From: Desulfurococcaceae archaeon MEX13E-LK6-19
GTDB lineage: Archaea > Thermoproteota > Thermoprotei_A > Sulfolobales > Desulfurococcaceae
Direction: 5' to 3'
Assembly (NCBI GenBank): GCA_029637525.1
Contig: CP072660.1
Location: 799,612-831,611, forward strand
Length of the DNA: 32,000 bases
Below, in pieces: positions 18,138 through 25,938 of this stretch. A model generated the notes under the pieces. The model saw nothing but the letters and a program-made list of their open reading frames with translations, did not search any database and was not told the origin of the DNA. Each line of letters opens with the position of its first letter. The first letter of the stretch is position 1. A program made the translations under genes and the position numbers.

Positions 18138-18842
18138 ATGGGTATATCTATAAACTTTGTTGAAAAATACCTTGGTAAACATGTTAAAGATCCCTATGGC
18201 AGGATCCTAGGCACGCTCATAAGCTTCTTCAGCGATGCAGATGGTAATGTTGATGCTGTAGAGGTTTGTCTAGGCGAGAAGAACTATCTCCAAGTACCAA
18301 TTGAGCAAGTCAGGTTTGTACAGGATAGCATTATACTGATACCCGACTGGCAGTTTGAAGCCGAGAAGATAGTTAAGAGACTAGAGATCCTTAGGAAGAG
18401 GCTCTATGCCCTAGAAGACCTTTATGCTAAGAAAGAGATTCCAAGACACTCATATGAGCTATTCAAGAAGAAACTTGAAGACGAATTTGTAAAGGCAAAA
18501 GAGGACGCCAAGAAGGTCAAAGAGATGCTCAGAAAGAAAGTTGCCGAACTAGAGGATACCATAGTAGAATTAGATAAAGCATTTACATCAGTAAAGATGA
18601 GCTACATAGCAGGAGAAATATCCGACAAGACATACAAAGCTGTGGCTGACCAGATAAGAAAGTACCTAGAATACGCGATTCATGAGAAAGAGGATGTGAA
18701 GAGATTCATTGACAAGATGGAGGGTCTTGAGACACAGCCTCTACCTATACAGACTGTGAACACTGAGGAAGAGGAAGAGGAGAAGGATAACATACCTAGT
18801 CAAGAACAGCCTATGCCTGTAGTAGTTATTGACTCAACATAA
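18138..18842 (+). CDS. cdvA: Cell division protein CdvA
   Basis: An N-terminal PRC-barrel-like domain is present (GKHVKDPYGRILGTLISFFSDADGNV). It is followed by a long coiled-coil region, an acidic linker and a C-terminal hydrophobic peptide (PMPVVVID) in the position of the ESCRT-III-binding tail. The gene lies immediately upstream of cdvB and vps4. Confidence 0.85.
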   Translation: MGISINFVEKYLGKHVKDPYGRILGTLISFFSDADGNVDAVEVCLGEKNYLQVPIEQVRFVQDSIILIPDWQFEAEKIVKRLEILRKRLYALEDLYAKKEIPRHSYELFKKKLEDEFVKAKEDAKKVKEMLRKKVAELEDTIVELDKAFTSVKMSYIAGEISDKTYKAVADQIRKYLEYAIHEKEDVKRFIDKMEGLETQPLPIQTVNTEEEEEEKDNIPSQEQPMPVVVIDST

Positions 18843-18944
18843 CATGGTTTTATTAATGTATTATCCTGGTAATACTAAACATAATGTGTTTTAAACCTTA
18901 TTCATTGTGATTATGTATATGAACATGTATATGAGGTGGATTAA

Positions 18945-19766
18945 GTGAGTATCTCTGCTGGCTATGGGTCAGGGGGGCCGCTGAGCTGGTTTGGGTGGTT
19001 CACCAGGCTATTTAGTTCAAGAAAAGACGAGAGATCGCCAGCTATACTAAAAACACTTCACATCATAGCCAAGGTGCTTGAGGAAATAGAGATTACGAGA
19101 AGAAGAATGGAAGATCGTTACAATGATCTAGCAAAGAAGGCTAAAGAAGCAGCACTTAAGGGTGATCGCGATCATCACAAGATACTGCTTATAGAAATGG
19201 ATGAAGTAGGCAAGCTTATTGCATTAATGGAGCACGCTAAGAAGAGTGTGTATCAGATCCAGCTACGTCTTGAGACAATGCTTGAGATGGGCAACACGTT
19301 CGACCAGCTACCAGAAATAATGAACGTAATAAGCAACCTAAAGCCGATGCTTGCTAAAGTAACGCCCGAGCTCATGGAGAAAATGGCTGAACTAGAGAAA
19401 GAAGTATCAAGCATAATGGCCTCAACAACAATCCCGCCAATATATGGTAAAGTTAAGCCCAAGAATGTTGACGTGGGAACTGATGCAACTGAGGAATTAA
19501 AGGATCTCCTACCGCCACAGAACACACCAACGCCCCAAATAATCGGATATGGCGGTAGCTGGTACAAGCAAGAAAATGCAAGAAATACTACGAAAAACAA
19601 TGTCGGAATCGATGTAGTAAAGAAGTGGTTGTTAGATGAAATCATGCTTACAAACGGCTTCCTAGACATCGAGGCATTCATAAGAAAATATGGCGTCGAT
19701 AAAACAACAGTACTCAAGGCATTAAATAAACTCTATGAAGAAGGAAAAATAGTCTTCAAGAAATAA
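18945..19766 (+). CDS. cdvB: ESCRT-III homologue CdvB (Snf7 core + C-terminal winged helix)
   Basis: A helical-hairpin ESCRT-III core is followed by a proline-rich MIM2-like segment (LPPQNTPTPQ). The C-terminal wH is VVKKWLLDEI...KTTVLKALNKLYEEGKIVFKK. GAGGTGG lies upstream of GTG 18945. Confidence 0.85.
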   Translation: MSISAGYGSGGPLSWFGWFTRLFSSRKDERSPAILKTLHIIAKVLEEIEITRRRMEDRYNDLAKKAKEAALKGDRDHHKILLIEMDEVGKLIALMEHAKKSVYQIQLRLETMLEMGNTFDQLPEIMNVISNLKPMLAKVTPELMEKMAELEKEVSSIMASTTIPPIYGKVKPKNVDVGTDATEELKDLLPPQNTPTPQIIGYGGSWYKQENARNTTKNNVGIDVVKKWLLDEIMLTNGFLDIEAFIRKYGVDKTTVLKALNKLYEEGKIVFKK

Positions 19767-19785
19767 CTTAACTCCATGATTTTCA

Positions 19786-19797
19786 TTTAAGTTTATA
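19786..19797 (+). promoter_or_regulatory. TATA-like element (TTTAAGTTTATA) upstream of vps4/cdvC
   Basis: This AT-rich box lies 20 nt after the cdvB stop. It would place a TSS near 19820, inside the start-less 5' part of the vps4 frame. Confidence 0.3.
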
Positions 19798-19825
19798 CTC
19801 ACCAATATTATGAGGTGACGTAGTT

Positions 19826-20977
19826 CTGACAATAAACCCACTGGAAGAGCATGCAAGAAGATACGCCAAAAGAGCAGTTTTAGCTGATAGGAGAGGTGAT
19901 TATGAAGAAGCATTAAAAAACTATAAGAGAGCTGTAGAGCTATTCAATAAGATAATAAGCCTTTACCCCGATGCACCATTTACTCCACTATACAGGGTGC
20001 TAGCTGAAAAATACAGCAAGAGAATAGAGGTTCTCGAAAAACAGTTAAGTGCACTACCTCAAGGAGGACGTGACACAGTACCTGGTGATACACACGATTT
20101 CAGTATTCTGTACCCTGGTGAGCGGGTAAATATTACATTTAAAGATGTAGTTGGACTAGATCATGTTAAGAATCTTCTAAAGAAAATAGTCATTTATCCT
20201 CTACGTAAACCTGAACTCTACCCCTTGGGATGGCCCCGTGGAATACTATTATTCGGCCCCCCAGGCTGTGGCAAAACATACATAACTCTCGCTTTGGCTA
20301 ATGAGGCAAACGCGGTTCTTATTTCAGTTACAATGGCAGACATTATGTCTAAATGGCTTGGTGTAGCCGAGAAGAATGTTAAAAGACTCTTCAACACAGC
20401 CAGGGATATCGCGCTAAAGGGCATACCTGTCATAGTATTTGTAGATGAAGTAGATGGTCTCTTGAGAAGCTATAGCAGTGAAGTAGGTGGAGAAGTCAGA
20501 GCTAGAAACCAGTTCCTAATAGAAATGGATGGCTTGATCAGTAAGAGTGATGAAGAACTCCCATTATTCGTAATAGGAGCAACAAATAAGCCTTGGCTTC
20601 TTGACCCTGGTTTCATACGTAGATTCCAGAAGAGAGTATACATTCCACCGCCTGACAAAGCTACGAGAAAGAAACTATTCGAATATTACATAAGTAAGCT
20701 GATGAGGGTCTACAAACTTGATCCGAGTGTTGACACGGAGAAGCTAGCTGAACTAACTGAAGGATATTCAAGTTTCGACATAAAGCAGATAGTGACTGAA
20801 GTACAGAATAATGTAGCCGGAGAAATCCTAGAGAAAGCGGGTACAGGAGAAACACTTGCTCCAAGACCTATAACCATGAGTGACTTCGTCAAAGTAATAC
20901 AATTGGTTAAACCAAGTATTGATAGAAAACAGCTGGCAATGATAATGGAATGGAGTAAAGCATATATGTCGATATAA
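19826..20977 (+). CDS. cdvC: Vps4/CdvC AAA+ ATPase (MIT domain + AAA core). The start codon is uncertain.
   Basis: Walker A is GPPGCGKT and Walker B is IVFVDEVD. The frame is open from 19814 and encodes an MIT-like three-helix N-terminus (EEHARRYAKRAVLADRRGDYEEALKNYKRAVELFNKIISLY). The first canonical start is GTG 19997, downstream of the MIT domain. The 5' end given here is the in-frame CTG 19826. ATA 19832 is an alternative. Confidence 0.85.
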   Translation: MTINPLEEHARRYAKRAVLADRRGDYEEALKNYKRAVELFNKIISLYPDAPFTPLYRVLAEKYSKRIEVLEKQLSALPQGGRDTVPGDTHDFSILYPGERVNITFKDVVGLDHVKNLLKKIVIYPLRKPELYPLGWPRGILLFGPPGCGKTYITLALANEANAVLISVTMADIMSKWLGVAEKNVKRLFNTARDIALKGIPVIVFVDEVDGLLRSYSSEVGGEVRARNQFLIEMDGLISKSDEELPLFVIGATNKPWLLDPGFIRRFQKRVYIPPPDKATRKKLFEYYISKLMRVYKLDPSVDTEKLAELTEGYSSFDIKQIVTEVQNNVAGEILEKAGTGETLAPRPITMSDFVKVIQLVKPSIDRKQLAMIMEWSKAYMSI

Positions 20978-20998
20978 ACCGGAGACCCCGATGATTAT

Positions 20999-21081
20999 CT
21001 TGTGTGCGGGGGCTATGAAGAAAGTCATGCCTATAGATTTGATGACTTAACCCCTGGGGTAGCGGAGTCCCCGCACACAAG
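20999..21081. repeat. Nested inverted repeat / long hairpin at the vps4-orphan ORF convergent junction
   Basis: CTTGTGTGCGGGG (20999-21011) is the exact reverse complement of CCCCGCACACAAG (21069-21081). The stem extends to 16 bp with one G-T position (20999-21014 / 21066-21081). An inner 7-bp stem pairs AAGTCAT 21022-21028 with ATGACTT 21042-21048, leaving a 13-nt apical loop that contains the minus-strand stop codon (21031-21033). Confidence 0.7.
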
Positions 21082-22590
21082 TTCCCTTATGCTGTTTTCT
21101 AAAAACGACTGTTCTTCAAGACCACTCAATAGTATTCCATAAAGACCTTTCATCTTACCATATATGTTCTTATGAAAAATCGTTCTTACACGGCAGTCCC
21201 TCTTAAACAACACTATATATCCCGAATATGGTATTGGCGGATTAAGTGCGTCAACAATACTGTTCACTGCATTGATATATTGTTCTATAAGTTCATCTCT
21301 TCTTTTCATAATATAATTGAAGTTTTCTACAAAGAATCCTAGTATATCTAGATCGGTGCTCAATAGAAATTCTTCACGTACTTGGATATGATAGTCACTA
21401 CAGACAATTGTAGCAGATAGATCGTCAACAGGAACTATTTTACGTAAAATAAAGACTATGTAGTCGCCTTTAAGTAATCTACGTGAAAACGTCATTGAAT
21501 CTATTACTATCTCAGAGCCATTATCCTCTAGCATATCCAGTAAATTTGTTCCAAGAATACTTGGAATAGAGATGACTATAGCACGGCCGTTACTATTTTT
21601 CCGGCTTTTCCATTCAGGTGGATAGTATATTTTCTCGTTGATACGTTTGTCAACAATATTGATATCAGCATGTAGTATAGTGATTTCTTTAAAGAAACTA
21701 GCTATGGACATCGTTCCCGGCCAGTTCGATTCAGGCATCACCACATTCTTTTTGTTTATTCTCGAGAATACGGTATAATATGCATGAAACGGTGTTTTAA
21801 GCAGTACACAATTCTTTAATCCTGTTTTATCTTCGAAAAAACCTTCTATGTCAGCTCTCCTACAATGTTTTTGTGTATTATAGCTTGGTTTCCGTATAGT
21901 AAAACACTCTTCATCGACAAAACGTGTTAGTTCGAAATTAATTTTCTGTATTTCTTCCTGGGAAGCATATCTTTTTAGAAGATTATATAAAAACGAGAAA
22001 TCATGTACAATCGCTATAGTTTTTGACCGCTCGGCTCTTACTGAATGTTTTTTGTATAACTCTATTCTTTTTCCTTCTAGAATGATAAACGGTCCTGGTA
22101 AATGCTTTATGTTTATGGTATCTCCGTTAAATACAAGCACTACATATCGGTAACTCTTCTTCCATGGAAAACGAGCGAGAACAATGGTTTTTTCTAAATT
22201 ATTTGTCTTACCTAATAGTTGTATTAAATCATCAAGATCTTTATAATCGGTAACTATGGCTATTTCATGAAACTTGTTAAGGATAAAGAGTAACTTGTTT
22301 TTGGCATCAATATTTCTTGTCAAAAATATTATTGGATAAAGGGGTTCCTCATGAGAGAATATATTATCTTCATGGTCTTGATCGGGGATAGTATTTATTG
22401 ACTTGAGAACACCTTTTTTTAATTCTAGTATTTTGCCTAAGTAGTGAAGAATACTGTTTTCTATTGAACCAATTAATAAAGCTCCTTTATATTTCCCATA
22501 GATCATTTTCCAGTATATGAGCTCAGTTAGTAACTCAATACCATCGAGATAGCTTAGCGAGACAGCCTTGGGGCCCACGAGTTTATTCAT
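21031..22590 (-). CDS. Hypothetical protein (519 aa from ATG 22590; the ORF is open to TTG 22644). It is an orphan with no recognisable motif.
   Basis: This is a long AT-rich ORF (about 28-37% GC on sampled lines). It has no P-loop, HExxH, Cys cluster or TM segment. Its 3' end runs into the GC-rich hairpin. Confidence 0.6.
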   Translation of the reverse strand: MNKLVGPKAVSLSYLDGIELLTELIYWKMIYGKYKGALLIGSIENSILHYLGKILELKKGVLKSINTIPDQDHEDNIFSHEEPLYPIIFLTRNIDAKNKLLFILNKFHEIAIVTDYKDLDDLIQLLGKTNNLEKTIVLARFPWKKSYRYVVLVFNGDTINIKHLPGPFIILEGKRIELYKKHSVRAERSKTIAIVHDFSFLYNLLKRYASQEEIQKINFELTRFVDEECFTIRKPSYNTQKHCRRADIEGFFEDKTGLKNCVLLKTPFHAYYTVFSRINKKNVVMPESNWPGTMSIASFFKEITILHADINIVDKRINEKIYYPPEWKSRKNSNGRAIVISIPSILGTNLLDMLEDNGSEIVIDSMTFSRRLLKGDYIVFILRKIVPVDDLSATIVCSDYHIQVREEFLLSTDLDILGFFVENFNYIMKRRDELIEQYINAVNSIVDALNPPIPYSGYIVLFKRDCRVRTIFHKNIYGKMKGLYGILLSGLEEQSFLENSIRELVCGDSATPGVKSSNL

Positions 22591-22750
22591 GATTCTCTTA
22601 CCACATTCTTTGTTGGCTGATACCCTGTTTTTGTTCTTTAGCAATTGGTGGTTACCTAAATTATCAAATAACCGTAATAGTGTAACTAATACTTTATAGT
22701 GTTGTAATGTAGTAGATATTTCTTGGAGAGATTATTCTGTAGGTGAATAT

Positions 22751-23542
22751 GTGATGGTGAGTCATCCTATAAGAAAGCATGTACTAAATGATATAGAGAT
22801 CTATGAATATGTTGAGCCAAGGCTGAAGCATCCAGCTTATCTTGTTCTTGGATTACCTGACGCAGGACTTGTTGGTGCTCTTGCTACAAAGTACCTGACT
22901 ACTAAAATCGAGACAAAAATGTTTGCCGAAATAGATTCGTCAAAATACTTCCAGCCAGTATCGGTTATACATAACGCGTCTCCTATGAGCCCCTTCCGTA
23001 TATACATTAACAACGATGGTAATGTCTTAGCCTTGGTTGCTGAAGCTCCATTACCTGTACCCTCGGTTTATCCTGTAGCGAAGACAATTGTCGAATATGC
23101 GAGTCTCCTAGGTGTTGACTATATTATATCATTGTCGGGAATAGCTGCACCAAATAGACTGGAAATAGAGAAACCGAAAGCATATTGGATTGCAACAACG
23201 GATGATGCGGCGGAACTTATGAAGAAAACCGGGCTTGAAACACTGAATGAAGGTTTTGTCGTAGGTCCTTATGCGGTTATCTTAAAAGAAGCTAAAAGGA
23301 AAGGCTTGAGGAACATAGCAATATTTGTTGAGTCATTTCTTGATTTCCCTGATCCCGAGGCCTCAGCTGAGGCTCTCAAAGCATTATCGTCTATAACAGG
23401 GGTTACTATTGATGTAAGTAAGCTTCTTGAAGAAGCTGAGTTAATAAAACTACAGGCAAGAGAGCTAATGAAGCAAACCAAGAAGGCAATGATGCAAATG
23501 CAGAAGAATTACGAGATGCAGATGCCGCTCATGTATACATAA
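22751..23542 (+). CDS. PAC2-family proteasome assembly chaperone-like protein (PbaA/PbaB-like) with a C-terminal HbYX motif
   Basis: The PAC2-type N-terminal region is AYLVLGLPDAGLVGALATKYL. A helical C-terminal extension ends in ...PLMYT (hydrophobic-Tyr-X), the motif used to dock on 20S alpha rings. Confidence 0.7.
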   Translation: MMVSHPIRKHVLNDIEIYEYVEPRLKHPAYLVLGLPDAGLVGALATKYLTTKIETKMFAEIDSSKYFQPVSVIHNASPMSPFRIYINNDGNVLALVAEAPLPVPSVYPVAKTIVEYASLLGVDYIISLSGIAAPNRLEIEKPKAYWIATTDDAAELMKKTGLETLNEGFVVGPYAVILKEAKRKGLRNIAIFVESFLDFPDPEASAEALKALSSITGVTIDVSKLLEEAELIKLQARELMKQTKKAMMQMQKNYEMQMPLMYT

Positions 23543-23555
23543 CGGGGGTGGTACT

Positions 23556-23969
23556 ATGTCTTTTGACGAGCTTTTCGAGAAAGTCAGGAAAGAAATAAAG
23601 AAAATGTGGAGAGAATTTGAAGAAGCATTAAGAGAACTAGAAGAAAGGCCTATGTGGGATACCACTGGTAGACTTGAACCTCTTGTATCACGTGAGGAGC
23701 GTCATGATAGTTATGTAATCCTTGTTGACTTGCCGTATGCTGATCTAAAATCACTGTCTATCGAGTTTAGAGGTAGGAGAATAAGAGTTGAGTGCAGATT
23801 ATCTCGTGGAGTAAGATTTGATAGATGGACCGTATCCAGGGAAACAGTGTTCGATAGATATTATACTGAAATAGAATTGCCTGAAGATGCTGATACAAGT
23901 AAGGCTGTTATTGAGAAAGATGAGAATAGGAAGATAGTGAGGATAAGGGTTCCTAGGAGACCTCTCTAA
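23556..23969 (+). CDS. Hsp20/alpha-crystallin-domain-like protein
   Basis: The ACD-like pattern is PLVSREERHDSYVILVDLPYADLKSLSIEFRGRRIRVECRL...YYTEIELPEDADTSKAVIEKDENRKIVRIRVPRR. The gene lies 13 nt downstream of the PAC2 gene, with GGGGGTGG upstream. Confidence 0.65.
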   Translation: MSFDELFEKVRKEIKKMWREFEEALRELEERPMWDTTGRLEPLVSREERHDSYVILVDLPYADLKSLSIEFRGRRIRVECRLSRGVRFDRWTVSRETVFDRYYTEIELPEDADTSKAVIEKDENRKIVRIRVPRRPL

Positions 23970-23980
23970 TCAATTTTCAA

Positions 23981-25156
23981 TTATATTTTAGTGTGGATTT
24001 CAACTATATCTCCATCCTCAACAACGTGGTCGAGACCTACACGCTCGCCAGGATATTTAGCTGAAGGACCCCATATCTTTGCATATAAGAATGTTTCAAC
24101 GAATTTTTTGTGGATAGCCTTAGCTACATCAAGTATTGTCGCACCTTTCTTTAGAATAAGGGGTTTTGGTGACGGTTCACTATTCGGCTGCTTAGTATAG
24201 ATTCTTATCAGCTCTAGGTTTTGGAAAAGAATCTTTCCAAGTTCCTCAAACCCCTTCTTTAATTTCGCTGATGCTATTATAACTGGTATAATCTTCTTAG
24301 TCATTTCGTATATCCTTTTTCCAGAATCAACAGCCTTCTTTAGGTCAAGATCTGCTTTATTGATTATTATAACAGCTGGTTTATACATTTTCGTCTCGAG
24401 AATAGCTTGTTCTACCATATCAAGGTCTACTTTTCCATAGATTTTGACGTGTGCATTGTATATCCTGTAGCTTTCAAGAAGTTTCCTTATGTCGTCGGGA
24501 GTACAATCAACTAGTTTCCCCATGATAGTGACTCTTATACCTGTTTTACCGCTTCTTTGCCTCTCTATAACAACCCTGCCTTCTGGCTTGTATAACAGTA
24601 TACCAGACTCCTCAAGCTCTCTCGATAACTCTTTGAATTGTGTGACGGGATCATCGGCGTTATCTAGGACGAGAATTATGGCATCGGCGTTCCTTATTAA
24701 CCCTATCACTCTTGTATTCCACAGCCATCTCTTTCCAGGAACAAGTGGCGGCGTATCTATTAGCTGGAAGAAAATGTCTTCATAACGATACATACCCGGC
24801 ACAGGTTCTGTTGTCGAAAACGGGTAATCAGCAATTACTGTACGAGCGCCAGTAAGCATGTTGACAATACTGCTTTTACCAGAATTAGGCATCCCTGTTA
24901 CAACAACTTGTGCTGCCCCTTCTTTTTCAATGAATATACGTGGCCCTCTTCCTCCTCTTCTTCGCTTCCTTTCCTCAACTTCTTCTCTAAGCTCGGCAAG
25001 CCTACGGGTTGCCCATAGTCTAAGATTTGCTGTCCCCTTATGCTTTGGTACAGCTGATAGAAATTCTTCTAAAGCACGTATCTTTTCCTCGGGAGTCTTA
25101 GCTTCCATTACTTTTAGCCATTTGGCCCTAGCTTCAGCTGGCAGATTAGTTACCAT
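23981..25156 (-). CDS. DRG/Rbg-type Obg-family GTPase with a C-terminal TGS domain
   Basis: G1 is GMPNSGKSS, G3 is IDTPP and G4 is NKAD. The C-terminal TGS-like segment is RIYTKQPN...GATILDVAKAIHKKF...AKIWG...GERVGLDHVVEDGDIVEIHTK. Confidence 0.88.
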   Translation of the reverse strand: MVTNLPAEARAKWLKVMEAKTPEEKIRALEEFLSAVPKHKGTANLRLWATRRLAELREEVEERKRRRGGRGPRIFIEKEGAAQVVVTGMPNSGKSSIVNMLTGARTVIADYPFSTTEPVPGMYRYEDIFFQLIDTPPLVPGKRWLWNTRVIGLIRNADAIILVLDNADDPVTQFKELSRELEESGILLYKPEGRVVIERQRSGKTGIRVTIMGKLVDCTPDDIRKLLESYRIYNAHVKIYGKVDLDMVEQAILETKMYKPAVIIINKADLDLKKAVDSGKRIYEMTKKIIPVIIASAKLKKGFEELGKILFQNLELIRIYTKQPNSEPSPKPLILKKGATILDVAKAIHKKFVETFLYAKIWGPSAKYPGERVGLDHVVEDGDIVEIHTKI

Positions 25157-25230
25157 AGCCGGTCACCATTTGCTCCAGTCCAGAAGGAACGTAGTAGTTT
25201 TCCAGTACTATATTTCATTAGATTTTTCGC

Positions 25231-25938
25231 TTAAATAAAATCAAGAATACTCCTATTCTCCGGTTTAGTTCGTTGTTTCCGCTTCTTGACATACCAATGT
25301 GGAGTTATTCTCTCTAGAATACCCCATGTCCGTCTAAGAATAGGGGGCGGGCTATCTTGTTGTAAATAGAGTGTTTTTAACCAACTAATAGTCTTTGGGT
25401 CTGTAGGGTATCCTGAGCCAAAGTCTCCATAGATCTTCTTAAATGAATACAGGTTTACATCCCTATAGACTTTAGCGACTATGCTGGCAGCCGATACTTC
25501 GGGATAATATACATCAGCCTTTTCTACAAACATAATCTTGGCTTCAGGGAAAATACTCTCAAGCACTGGAATGAACTTCTGGTATCCCTTGACCATATCT
25601 ACTGTTATGCGTTCTATACGGGTATTCTCTGGAAGTAACCGAGATATCCCACTTAGCATCTCCTTTATTTTCTTGAGAGTAAGCTCATTGAGATTATATT
25701 CATCAATCTCGTAAGGGTTCACGTATGTTGTAAGTATAATGAGGGAGTTTTCTATAATGTGTTTTAAAAGAGTGGCTCGTTCTAGAGGAGTTAGGTTTTT
25801 ACTATCCTTTACTCCTATACGGACCATTTTTTCTAAATTCTCTTTACTAACAACGACACATGCAATAACCATATCTCCAAGTAAAGGACCCCTGCCTGCT
25901 TCATCTATTCCTATTACGCAAGATAAATTTTCGCCCAT
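25231..25938 (-). CDS. rnhB: Ribonuclease HII
   Basis: Motifs GIDEAGRGPLLGDMV, KDSKNLTPLER and VSAASIVAKVYRD are present. The start overlaps the upstream TIM-barrel gene by 25 nt. Confidence 0.92.
   Translation of the reverse strand: MGENLSCVIGIDEAGRGPLLGDMVIACVVVSKENLEKMVRIGVKDSKNLTPLERATLLKHIIENSLIILTTYVNPYEIDEYNLNELTLKKIKEMLSGISRLLPENTRIERITVDMVKGYQKFIPVLESIFPEAKIMFVEKADVYYPEVSAASIVAKVYRDVNLYSFKKIYGDFGSGYPTDPKTISWLKTLYLQQDSPPPILRRTWGILERITPHWYVKKRKQRTKPENRSILDFI

Noticed and set aside
20999-21081. I considered interpreting the nested hairpin as an archaeal H/ACA guide RNA: a lower stem, an internal 'pocket' and an upper stem.
   Set aside because: No ACA/ANA box is correctly placed on the plus strand. 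On the minus strand an ATA follows the stem, but there is no K-turn/K-loop GA motif in the upper stem. The lower stem (16 bp) is much longer than usual. It is kept only as an unexplained hairpin.
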